Shown one piece after another: positions 28,750-38,566 of a DNA stretch of 64,000 nucleotides. Origin of the DNA: Gemmatimonadota bacterium (GTDB lineage: Bacteria > Gemmatimonadota > Gemmatimonadetes > Gemmatimonadales > GWC2-71-9). The notes below the pieces were generated by a model. That model had not been told where the DNA came from. It made no database searches and saw only the letters and a list, made by a program, of their open reading frames with translations. Location of the stretch: assembly GCA_016713435.1 (NCBI GenBank), contig JADJPD010000010.1, positions 167,040 through 231,039 of the forward strand. The letters run 5' to 3'. Positions within the stretch are counted from its first letter, which is position 1; every line of letters starts with the position of its first letter. A program made the translations under genes and the position numbers.

Positions 28750-30094
28750 TTACGTCCTCCTCGCCGCACCGAGGCTCCGGACGCGGTCCACGAGTTGGGC
28801 CATCTGTTGCTCCGCCGTCAGGGCGGCTAGGCGAGGGTCGTCGATGGCGACCTGGCTGCGGCCCTCGCGCAGGCTGGCCTCGAGGAAGGCCAGCGTGGCC
28901 GAGTCGTCCGGGCGAGTGGCCAGGTGATGGCCGGGGAGAGGCCGAAGGAGAGAGGCGACCTCGCCTTCTTCGTCCGCATACGCGAGCACCGGACGGCCGG
29001 AGCCAGGCACTCGTACACCTTGTTCGGGACTTGGTCGGGCTGCTCCTGGGCGAGCACGAGGAGCAGGTGACTCTCGCTCATCAGGCGGAGGGCGGTGTCG
29101 CGGGGACCCCAGTCGTCCAGGTGCAGCATCCCCCCGAGCCCAAGGCTCGCCGCAAGGGTGGCCAGATCGTCCCCCGCGAATGCCCGGCACATCCCGACGA
29201 AGTGGACCTCCACGTCCGCCGGGCCGAGCCCGAGACGCTTCACGGCAGCGGCGAGGGTGCGCAGGAACTGGCGAGGATCCCGCCCGTAACTGCAGGTTCC
29301 CGCATGCATGATCCGGAAGGGGCGCGGTGGCAGGGGTGGGGCGGCGGTCAATCCGTCAATGCCATTCCGAATCATCACGCACTTGTCCTGCAGTGCTGCC
29401 GGGAGCTTCCGGCTCATCAGCCGGTCGATGCCGCTCGACACGCTTACGACGAGGTCCGCCGCTTCGAGGCACTTGCGTTCGAGACGAGCGTCGAGCCAAT
29501 CGGTCAACTGGCTCCGCACATGGGCGGGTTTCTGCGGGTTGTCGACCCACGGATCGCGGAACTCAAGGACCAGCGGGATGTCCGCGGCCCGCTTGGTTCG
29601 ACGTGCGGCGAGGTGGGGAGAGAGCGGCGGGGCGCTGGAGTAGATGACCGAAGGCCGCTCCGCTGCCAGCCGTCGCGCCAGTTGGACCGCCGGGCGGATG
29701 AATCCTGGACATCACGCGGGAGCCAGAGGAGCGAGAAGAAGTATCGCTTCAGTGAGGAGGTCCGCACGGGGCCGGGCGAGGCGTCAGCCGCCGCCGACGC
29801 ACTGGGCGCGTCCCCAGCAGGGGCCTCGGCGACCTGGCCGCGGAGGCGGCGACGGAGGTGATTCACCCACTCCCGGGGGCTGCGGTCGGGGGGAACCAGG
29901 TGCCGCGTGAGGTTAGGGCCATCCGCGATGGTCGCGGCCGCGCCCCCAGCGCTGGGAATCGTGAGTACGTGGACATCGTGGCCGGCCGCAGCCAATGCCT
30001 TGGCCACCTTGGCCGTGCGGATGGCCCCCACGGCCGGAGACGGTGGGTAATGGTAGGCCAGCAGGATGACGCGTCGAAGGGTGTTGGCGACCAT
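28750..30094 (-). pseudogene. GT-B fold (GT4-like) glycosyltransferase, tandem paralog a; 2 frame breaks (~29703, ~29003-29005)
   Basis: MVANTLRRVILLAYHYPPSPAVGAIRTAKV...LWLPRDVQ (ORF 29504..30127) -> FIRPAVQLARRL...EFRDPWVDNP...NKVYECL (ORF 28827..29519 frame) -> GSGRPVLAYADEEGE... (ORF 28750..29190). Colinear with 30310..31607. Confidence 0.7.
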
Positions 30095-30251
30095 GAAATC
30101 GAGGCCGTTCCTCGGGCAAGACGGCAATCCGCGTGGCTCGACCGACCGCCTCCAGGACGGGCGCGGTGCGGATGCGAACCTTCGATGTCCGGGCGGGCGG
30201 TGCGAGACCGCTGGGGAATATCGCTCAGGGATGTCGACGCGTCAGCCCTCC

Positions 30252-30267
30252 AGCAACTTCGGGGCCC
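30252..30267 (-). promoter_or_regulatory. Candidate sigma-54 (-24/-12) promoter, minus strand
   Basis: The reverse complement reads GGGCCCCGAAGTTGCT. Correct spacing; 14 of 16 positions identical to the element at 18066..18081. Lies ~160 nt upstream of ATG 30094. Confidence 0.4.
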
Positions 30268-30309
30268 GCATGCCGGACCGGCCCCCCGGGGGGACCGGCC
30301 CGGCCGGGT

Positions 30310-31607
30310 TCACATCTGGAGGGCGTGGACGAGGCGCCGCATCTGGGCCGTGGTGGTCCACTCCTCCAGGCGGGCGGTGGCGGGCTCGGGGAGCCGCCGC
30401 CCTGGAGCGAGGCCGAGGGCGAGTTCGAGTCCGTTGGCCGCGTCGGCCGGCAGACCCGTCGTCACCAAGGCATGGCCGCCTACCTCCCGAAGCATGCGCG
30501 CCGACTCTCCTTCCTCGTCGACGAACGCCAGGATGGGTCGTCGGCTCCCCAGGTACTCATAGAGTTTGTTCGGGACCTGGTCGGGCTGACGCTGGGCGAG
30601 GAGGAGCAGGACGTCTGCCTCGTTCACCAAACGTTGGCAGGCGTCATGGGGGAGCCAGTCCTCGAACTGCACGAATGCCGAAATCCCGGCGTCGCGCACC
30701 AGAGCCTCGATCGAACCGCCCGCGTACTCACGGCACTTCCCGACCATCAGCACCTGCAGCCGGGCGGGGGTGAGGCCGTGGCGCCGGATCACCTCGGCCA
30801 AGCCCAGCACGAACGGCCGGGGATCACGCGCACCGTAGCAAGAGCCGACGTGCACGACTCTCTGGGCGGTGATGGGTCGGGGGCCAGGCAGGGCCGGGGC
30901 CAAGGCCTCGATCCCGTTGCGGATGAGGATGACCCGCTCCTGCTCCCGGGGCGGGAGCTTGCGACGGAGTATCCGGTCAATGCCTTCTGATGCCACGACC
31001 ACACGTTCGGCCAGGCGGAGCGTCTCTCGCTCGAGCCAGCGCTCGACCTTGTCGCTGAGTCGACTGCGATGAATGGCGGTCTTCCACGGATTGTCGGTCC
31101 ACGGATCACGGAACTCGGCGATCCACCGGACACGGCGCGCTGCCAGCATGAGGCCGGTGAGGTGGACCGAGAACGGTGGAGCGCTGGTGATGACAAGGTC
31201 CGGGCCACGGCCGCCGTGGCTGCGGCGGGCGGCGGCGTAGGCGGGATAGATGAAGCCCTGCAGGTCGTCAGGCAGCCAGAGCAGGGAAAAGATCCAGCGC
31301 TTCCAGTTCGGGACGATACTCGGGGTGGCGGAACTCGAAGTGGAGGCCGCGGCCGGCGGCGCGGATCGGCGCGCTCGCGTGCGCCAGCGAACCCAGAGCT
31401 GCCGTGGGCTTGGCCAGGCAATCACGCGCTCCACCAGGATGCCGCTCGCCGTCACGAGGCGAGGACAGGGCGCTTCGGGGACCTGCGCGGCGATGACATG
31501 GACGTCGTGGTCAGCGGCGCGCAGCGCCTCGGCGTCCTTCTCGGCACGGAACCCGCCGACCGCGCGGGGGCTGGAGGATAGTGGTACGAAATCAAGGCGA
31601 TCCGCAT
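30310..31607 (-). pseudogene. GT-B fold (GT4-like) glycosyltransferase, tandem paralog b; frame break in G5/C5 run 31566-31570
   Basis: MRIALISYHYPPAPA (ORF 31452..31700 frame, ATG 31607) -> VGGFRAEKDAEALRAADHDVHVIA...EFRDPWTDNPW...NKLYEYLGSRRPILAFVDEEGES... (C-terminal part of ORF 30310..32979). Confidence 0.75.
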
Positions 31608-33142
31608 GCCAGTCCTGGGGCTTAGGTGGCTGGCGCGGATCCCCCTGACGAATAGTGGTAACCACCGCCAGCAGTCGCTTGCGGTAGATGGTTCCCGCAA
31701 GGACCGCGTAGGTGACGGCGCCGACCGCCACTTGGCCCACTAGCCTGACAACACCCGACCATTCGCTCGGCGTGAACGCCTGCCACGCCAGCACCGCCCC
31801 CGCCATCACCCCCGTCGCCACCACGGCCGGGAAGATGGCGCCCACGTAGTCGCGCCAGCGGCACTCCGCCACCTGGAGCGCCAGCCGGTACATCGGCAAC
31901 GCCACCACCGGGTAGCCGATCACCCACGCCCAGCCCACGCCCGCCAGCCCCCAGTGCGTCCCCAGCCAGAACGCCGGCGGCAGCACCACCAGCGCGTACA
32001 GGCTGAACCGGAGCGCCTCCCCCGCGCGTCCCACCGCCTGCAGCAGGAACGGCAGCAGCGCCGCGATGGACCGGATGCCGCTGTACGCCGCCAGCACCTG
32101 CAGCGGCACGATGGCCGCCGTCCACTCCGGCCCGAGCCCCACTTCCACCAGGTCCTTGGCCACCAGCGCCAGCCCCGCCGCCATCGGGAAGGCGAAGAAC
32201 GCCACGCCCTCCGTGAGCAGCAGCAGGTAGCGGCGCAGCGCCGGCGGCTCGTCCTGCACCGCCGAGAAGATCCCCGGCACCACCTGGCCCAGCAGGCCCG
32301 TGATCCGGCCCACCGGGATCGTGGCGATGGTCCAGCCGAAGTTGTACGCGCCCAGCGCCGCGGTGCCCAGCACCTTGCCCACCACGAAGAAGTCGGCGTT
32401 GCTGTAGCCGTACCACGCCACCCGGCCGCCCATCACGTGGGTGCCGAAGGTGAGGTGCTGGCGGATGTCCCGCAGGTGCGAGGGCCACGCCAGCCGGTGC
32501 GGCCGCACCTTGAGCGCCACTGCCGTAGCCACCACGCTCCCGATGATCCCGCCCAGCACCAGCGACCAGTAGCCCCAGCCGAGCAGCGCCAGCGTCAGCG
32601 TGGCCGCGGCCGAGACGATGCCCTCGCTCGAGTCCACCATGGCCACCCTGCGGAACTCGAGCTCGCGCGTCAGCAGCGCCCGCGGCAGGGTGCGGAGCGC
32701 GCTGGTCACGAAGGTGACACCGAGCACCGCCACGACCCCCGCCACCTTGGGCTCGTTGAAGAACCAGGCCAGCGGGAAGCCGAGCAGGCAGGAGAGCCCC
32801 CAGCGCCACGCCCACCGCCAGCGAGATCCCGCCCAGCTCCGCCACCGGCCGGCCCTCGAGCTCGCGATGCTTGACGATCGCCGCGCCCACGCCGAACTCG
32901 TTGACCAGCTGCACGAAGCCGATGTAGAGGGTGCCGTAGCCCACCAGCCCGTAGTCGGTCTTGGTGAGCAAGCGCGCAATGAGGAGGGTGGCCGCCCAGC
33001 TGAAGATCTGCGTGCCCCACCGCGCCAGCCCCGTCCACGCCACCCCCTTCACCAGCGCGCGGTCCAGCGAGCGCCGGTCGGGGGCGGGGGGCGGCGGGGT
33101 GGTGTCGGGCGCCGGGGAGGCGCTCGGCGGGGTAGTGGTCAT
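31608..33142 (-). pseudogene. MOP-superfamily polysaccharide flippase (Wzx-like); frame break in C5 run 32797-32801; 3' end unresolved
   Basis: MTTTPPSASP...LVKGVAWTGLARWGTQIFSWAATLLIARLL...GISLAVGVALG (ORF 31622..33187) -> LSCLLGFPLAWFFNEP... about 12 TM (ORF 30310..32979 frame). That frame has no stop before running into the next gene. Confidence 0.7.
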
Positions 33143-34878
33143 CCGGCTCCGGTGGGTGGCCGCGAAAAGATACCACCAGCCGAGCACGAAACGAGGGCCG
33201 ACCGGAATCCGCTTCCCCCTTCCGGGAGAGTGACCTCGCCCGGCTCCACCAGCACGCAGCCCGTGGGACAGGTGGCCGCCAGCCGCCGCACCTCAGGGAT
33301 GCTCGCCTGCTCGGCGGGGGTGGGGGCGTAGCGGGCGTTGAGGACGGCCACGAGGGCGGCCACCTCGTTGGCCATCCCGCGCTCCACCGCCCGGAAGCCC
33401 GCCACCACGTCCGCCACCAGTTCCGCTGAGGGTGTTCGGGTGCCCCGGCCAATGCCGGCGTACTGGCGCGGGGCGGCGTCGCCCGGTTGCCAGGCATTGC
33501 AGGCGTCGAACACCTGCGTGGCCCGGCGCGCCAGCGCCAGCAGCGCCGCGCGCCCGTCATGGTAGTCCCGGTGTGCCGCACACAGCACCAGCACCTCGGC
33601 CGGCGCCACGGCGCCCGCCAGGTCGCGGGTGAAGAGTTCGGCCAGGCCCGCGCGGCGGAGCTCGGGGTCGGTGGGATAGACGTGCGGGTCGTGCAGCGTC
33701 ACCCGCGCGCCGAGACCCAGGAGCAGGCGCGCCAGCACCAGGGCGGGGGAGTGCCGGGTCTCGCCGGCGTTGGCGCGGTAGGCGGCGCCGAGCAGCACCA
33801 CGGCGCGGCCGTTGAGGGGGCCGAGGGCGTGCTCCATCTGGGCCAGCACCTGGCGCGGGGCCTCGTCGTTGAGGCAGCGGGCGGTCACCACCACGCTCCG
33901 GTCGCGGGGGACCCGCACCTCGCGGGCCGCGCCAGCGGAGCAGCAGGCAATCGCCCGGGGAGGCAGGGGCCGCCCACGCCCAGGGTGGGGATGAGGAGGC
34001 CGCCGCTCGGCACCGCGTCGCGGTTGGCGGCGGCGTCGTCGGCCTGGGCCAGGGCGGCGTTGGCCTCTGCGCGGAGGGCGTAGAAGTCCACGTCGTGGGC
34101 GTCGGTGAAGCGGGCCACCTCGCCGGTATAGGCCAGGCGCACGTCGCGCCAGCCGTTCTCGAGCGCCTTCACCAGCTCGGCCGTCAGGCAATTGGTGGGG
34201 TGGAGCGTGCCGCCCGTCACCACCCGGCGGAGGAAGGCGAGCGCGGCGGCGGTGGCTCGAGGGGTGGTGCCGGCCACCAGCTTGTCGGGTCGCCGGAGGC
34301 GGGCCACCAGGCGGCCGGGCTGGACGCGGCTCGGGCTCACCGCCAGCAGCAGGTCCTGGCCGTCCTCGAGGCCCAGCGTTGTGAGGCGGGGGCGGACCAC
34401 CGCGGCCATGGCCGAGGGCGCCAGGGTGCACTCGAGCAGCACCAGCGGCGGCGCGGCCGGGCGGCGGGGCAGGTGCGCGCCGAGGGCGTCGAGCGCGGCG
34501 AGGAGCGGCTCGTGGTCGGGCACCTCCGCCGCGGACGTCGGTCTGGGTGGCGATGACCACGACGTCGGCGGCGGCGAGCACCGCGGCGTCGTGGGTGGCG
34601 CGGAGGCGGCCGCCCGCCACGGCGGCGGCGAGGAGCTCGGGGAGCTCCGGCTCGTGGCCGCCCACCGGGGAGCGGCCGGCGTTCACGGCGGCCACCTTCC
34701 AGCCGCTCGCGGGGGAGTTCCGCTGCAGCAGCAGCACCTCGGGCGGCGGCTCGCTGCCCGCCCCGGGCGCCGAGGCGAGCAGCACCGCCATCGGCACGCC
34801 GACGGGGCCGGCGCCGATCACCACGATGCGATGCAGCGGCCGGCGACTCGCGGGCAGGGCGGAGGACTGCAGGGGCAT
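33139..34878 (-). pseudogene. UDP-glucose/GDP-mannose-dehydrogenase-family nucleotide-sugar dehydrogenase; at least 2 frame breaks (~34530, ~33945-33960)
   Basis: MPLQSSALPASRRPLHRIVVIGAGPVGVPMAVLLA (Rossmann) -> ORF 33885..34523 (...ELVKALENGWRDV...IPTLGVGGPCLP) -> ...VVLLGAAYRANAGETRHSPA... (UDP-binding domain, ORF 33139..34959 frame). Confidence 0.7.
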
Positions 34879-34902
34879 GAGGCTCAGGCGTCTGAGTGGG
34901 GG

Positions 34903-34922
34903 CCGGTGAGCGCGCTCACCGG
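34903..34922. promoter_or_regulatory. Perfect 20-bp palindrome in divergent intergenic region (candidate operator/enhancer site)
   Basis: CCGGTGAGCGCGCTCACCGG. Lies 25 nt upstream of the minus-strand ATG 34878 and ~190 nt upstream of the plus-strand -24/-12 element at 35114. Confidence 0.4.
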
Positions 34923-35113
34923 GGCGGCCCAAGATGCCGCATCGCGGCGCCGGCGGCAATGGCGCGCGGGCGCCTCGGTATGGCGCGGGTGCGGCTGGCG
35001 TTGTGGCGTCGGGACACCAGACGGCCAGGGGCCAGGGGATCGAGTCGCCCGAGCAGCGCTCGGGCTGCTCCGGGAGGTGCGGGCGGCGACGGGGCGTCCG
35101 GCGGGGACCTGGC

Positions 35114-35129
35114 TGGCACCCCTCTTGCG
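35114..35129 (+). promoter_or_regulatory. Candidate sigma-54 (-24/-12) promoter
   Basis: TGGCACCCCTCTTGCG (one mismatch to consensus). Lies 66 nt upstream of ATG 35195. Confidence 0.6.
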
Positions 35130-35194
35130 CTCGGTGTGGGGCAGGTCACACTTCCCGAGCGCCCCGCGGGCTGCGGCCCGCCTTCGAGTCCCCG

Positions 35195-36852
35195 ATGCTG
35201 CTCACGATGAGCCTCCCCAGAGCCCACGCCGGCCCCGGTCGCCGAGGCGACGCCAGGGCCCCGCCTCCCGCGGCGGACGCACCCGCGCCGCTCGGCGGCC
35301 GGGTGGTGGCCGCCGCGGCGGGGCTCGTGGTGCTGCACGTGGTGCTTGCCTGGCTGGTGCGCCAGCCGGCCGTGACCACCGGGAACGACGACGCGCTCTA
35401 CCTCCTCCTTGCCCGCGCCCTCCGCGCCGGCACCTATCGCGACCTCCACGTGCTGGGGCATCCCTGGCACTCGCAGTATCCGCCCGGCTACCCGCTGCTG
35501 CTGGCGCTCTTCGGCGGCACCCTGGGCCCCGGCATCACCGGCGCGGTGACGTTCGGGATCCTGGCGTCGGCGGTGACCCTGGTGGCGCTGTTCGACATGG
35601 CGCGCCGGCACCTGCCGCCGCTCTACGCACTCACGCTCCTCGCCCTGCTCGCGGTGTCGCCGCACCTGCTGGCCTTCGCGGGCTCGGTGCGGAGCGAGAC
35701 GCCCTACATCCTGCTCACCGTGCTCTCGCTCTGGCTGCTGGTGGTGCTGCCCGAGCGGCGCGCGGCGGTGGCGGCGGGCACCGCGCTGGCCGTGCTCGCG
35801 GCGCTCACCCGGAGCGTGGGGCTGGCCATCGTGCTGGCGCTCGGGCTGGTGTGGGTGTGGGAGCGGCGCTGGGTGCGGGTGGGATGGCTGGCGCTCCTCG
35901 GCGGGATCACGGTGGGGCTCTGGCTGCTGTGGATGTTCAAGGCGCCGGAGCAGTTCGAGGCCCGCTCCTACGGGGTGATGCTCAAGCTCGGCTCGCCCAC
36001 CGAGCGCACCACGCTCGGGCTGGTCCAGGGGCGCGTCATGCGCGCGGTGCAGGCCTTCCTGCTCGATGGCGGGCTCGGCTCGGCGCTCGGGCTGCCACGG
36101 ATCCCCGGGACCTCGCTCGACAACATCGTGGGCATGCTGGGCACCCTGGCGCTGGCTCTGGTGGGCCTGGTGGCCAGCCGGTCGTGGAGCCACTGGTGAG
36201 CGCCTACCTGCTGGTGTACGCCGGGCTGCTGGTGGTCTGGACCTACAAGCTGACCCGGTTCCTGATCCCCTCACCCCATCCTGCTCCTGTTCATGGTGGT
36301 CGGGACCTGGGCGGTGAGCCGGCGGTGGAAGCCGCTGCCGCGGGCACTGCTCCCGGAAGCGTGGCGCTGTTCTACCTGGCGGGCGGGGTGCAAGGATTCG
36401 GGCGAAACTACGCGGAGACCGGCGGCTGCCCGGCCAACGACGTCACCACCCCCGACGCCTGCCTCACCGACAACCAGCGCGACTTCTTCCGCGCCGTGCG
36501 CTACCTGCGGGACAGCACGCCGCCCGCGACCGTCGTGATCTCCACCAAGGAAGCGGTCCTCGGCCTCTATACCGGCCGCCCCGAGCTCCACGGGCAGGCG
36601 CTCCACCCGCGCTACGGGGAGCCGTTCCTGGACGGCCTGCGCCGGGAGGGGGACGCCATCTTCGTCCTCACCACCCTCCATCTCTGGCACGTCCCCGACG
36701 AGATGGTGGCCCAGTGCAACCAGTTCGAGCTGGTCCGCGCCTACGCCAACGGCACCGACCTGGTCCGCCTCAAGCCCGCCGGGGCCCCTGGCCCGGACGC
36801 CTGTCCGGTGATCCAGTACCACGCCGGCCGTTTCATTCCGCCCCTCAAGTAG
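35195..36852 (+). pseudogene. GT-C fold (GT39/ArnT-like) polytopic membrane glycosyltransferase-like protein; 3 frame breaks (~36170-36195, ~36270, ~36355)
   Basis: MLLTMSL...TTGNDDALYLLLARAL (first-loop acidic motif), about 9 TM in the ORF 34934..36199 frame -> PLVSAYLLVYAGLLVVWTYKL (f1) -> PILLLFMVVGTWAV (ORF 36293 frame) -> VALFYLAGG... plus a soluble C-terminal domain (ORF 34192..36852 frame). Confidence 0.6.
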
Positions 36853-37043
36853 GCCGCCAAGCCGCCCGATTATGGCACCGGTGCCCCACCGGTGTGGCGA
36901 AGTTCCCGCAACCTGATTATCCAATCCAGCACATTTGCGCCGACTGTAGCGCTTTGGCGACCGCCAGCCCGGTCGGGAAATGCGGGGGTGCCCCGGCGCG
37001 GCCGTCCGGGGCCCCCGGGAGGGGGCCTGCCGGTGTCTTTTCT

Positions 37044-37068
37044 CAAGACGTTGTCAGACAATGTCTTG
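37044..37068. promoter_or_regulatory. Near-perfect 12-1-12 palindrome upstream of a -24/-12 element
   Basis: CAAGACGTTGTC-A-GACAATGTCTTG (11 of 12 arm positions pair). Lies 50-75 nt upstream of the element at 37118. Confidence 0.4.
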
Positions 37069-37117
37069 GAGCCATGCACCCGGGTTCCGGGGCGGTTTTT
37101 CGTCCCGGGGCACGGTG

Positions 37118-37133
37118 TGGCATTTGGTTTGCC
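37118..37133 (+). promoter_or_regulatory. Candidate sigma-54 (-24/-12) promoter
   Basis: TGGCATTTGGTTTGCC with correct spacing. Lies ~100 nt upstream of ATG 37232, in a 380-bp lower-GC intergenic region. Confidence 0.55.
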
Positions 37134-37231
37134 CACAGGGGGGCCGGAGTGGTGGGGGAGCGTGGGGTGGAATTGCCACATCCCGTCTCCCGGCCGTCCC
37201 CACCGCCTCCGGATCGTCGTCCACCACCCAG

Positions 37232-37624
37232 ATGAGGGGTCCCCTGAGCGCCCGACCGAGCCTCACGCTCGTCCTGCTGGCCAGTCCCGGCCAATCCGGG
37301 CTGGAGCAGTGCATCGCCGACCTGGTTCCCACCTGCGGGGGCTACGGGGCGGAGCTGCTCGTGGCCGGTGCCAAGAGCTTCCCGGGGAGCTGGGAGGAGG
37401 GCGCCGTGCGCTTCCTCCCGGGCGGCCCCGGCGAGACGGCCCACGACCTCCGGGCCCGCGCCCTCGCGGAGTCGGGCGGGGACATCGTGCTCTTCCTTAC
37501 GGTGGCGCAGGTGCAGGCCTCGGACGTGGCGGAGCTGCTGGGGCATCGCTCGGGGATCGTGAGCGTGGACGGGCCGGAGGCCGACGCGGCGGCGGCGCCC
37601 GCGGGGCAGTCGTCGGTTGGCTGA
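37232..37624 (+). CDS. Small GT-A-like (N-terminal half only) glycosyltransferase-domain protein
   Basis: In ORF 36980..37624. MRGPLSARPSLTLVLLASPGQSGLEQCIADL...AELLVAG...VRFLPGGPGETAHDLRARALAESGGDIVLF. Colinear with the N-termini of 37644.. and 49298.. Confidence 0.5.
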   Translation: MRGPLSARPSLTLVLLASPGQSGLEQCIADLVPTCGGYGAELLVAGAKSFPGSWEEGAVRFLPGGPGETAHDLRARALAESGGDIVLFLTVAQVQASDVAELLGHRSGIVSVDGPEADAAAAPAGQSSVG

Positions 37625-37643
37625 GGGCGGGGGCCCGGGTGCC

Positions 37644-38566
37644 GTGACGGCGCCGGCCCTGGCCGTGGTGGTGCCGTCGGTGAACGGCTGGGCGCACCTC
37701 GAGGGGTGCCTCGCGGCGCTGGCGGCGGAGGGGCGGACGGTGCCGCTCGAGGTGCTGGTGGCGGACCGGCTGGGAGAGGAACTGCGGGCGCGGGTGCGGG
37801 CGGCCTTTCCCGCGGTACGCATCCTGCCTGCCTCCCCGGATACCACCATCCCCGACCTGCGCGCGCTGGCCTTCCAGGCGGCGACGGCGCCGGCGGTGGC
37901 GGTCATCGAGGATCATGTGCTGGTGCCGCCCGGGTGGGCGGGCCGGCTGCTGCAGGCGCTGGCGGCGGGGGAGGACGTGGCCGGGGGCGCGGTGGAGAAT
38001 GCCGCCACCGAGACACTGGTGGACCGGGCCGCGTTCCTGTGCGAGTACCATCAGCTGCTGCCGCCCCTCGTGGCCGGCGAGGTGGCGGGGCTGGCCGGCA
38101 ACAACGTGGTCTATCGCCGCACGGTGCTGCTGCGGGCCGAGGCGGCGTGGCGGGCGGGGCGGTGGGAGGACCACCTGCAGGCCGAGTTGCGGCAGGGGGT
38201 GCGGCTCCACCAGCATCCCGAGATCGTGGTGGGCCACCGGATGCCGTTCACGGTGGGCGGGTACCTGGCGCAGCGCTTCCTCTATTCCCGGGCGTATGCG
38301 GGGCTCCGCGCCGCGGGGATGGGCCGGGCGGGGCGGGTGGCCTACGGGGCCGCCGCGCTGGCGCTTAAGCGGTGCTGCTGCTGCGGATCGTGCGGACGCT
38401 GCTGGCCAAGGGCGGGCACGGGAAGGACGTGGTGCTGGGCCTGCCGCTGTTCGTGCTGTTCACGGCGGCGTGGGGGCTCGGTGAGGTGGCTGGCGCCTGG
38501 TTCGGCGACGGTGGCGCGTTGCGACGGATACGCTACGGATCCCTCTGGACCCGAAACGGAGTCTCG
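37644..38566 (+). pseudogene. Family-2 (GT-A) glycosyltransferase; frame break ~38366-38371; no stop codon before the next gene
   Basis: VTAPALAVVVPSVNGWAHLEGCLAAL...AVIEDHVLVPPGW...GNNVVYRR... (ORF 37617 frame) -> VLLLLRIVRTLLAKG...LFVLFTAAWGLGEVAG (ORF 38372 frame). That frame reads straight into MSAAPAS at 38567. Confidence 0.65.

Noticed and set aside
12000-31650. Mobile genetic element (integrase, transposase, IS ends, tRNA target) accounting for the low-GC islands
   Set aside because: No recombinase-like translation, inverted terminal repeats, flanking direct repeats or tRNA gene was found by eye in or around either island.
30310-32979. 889-aa flippase-glycosyltransferase fusion protein
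   Set aside because: The GT4 half has its own N-terminus (MRIALISYHYPPAPA) in another frame, joined at a G5/C5 run (31566-31570). It is colinear with the separate paralog at 28750..30094. The apparent fusion is a by-product of a frame break.
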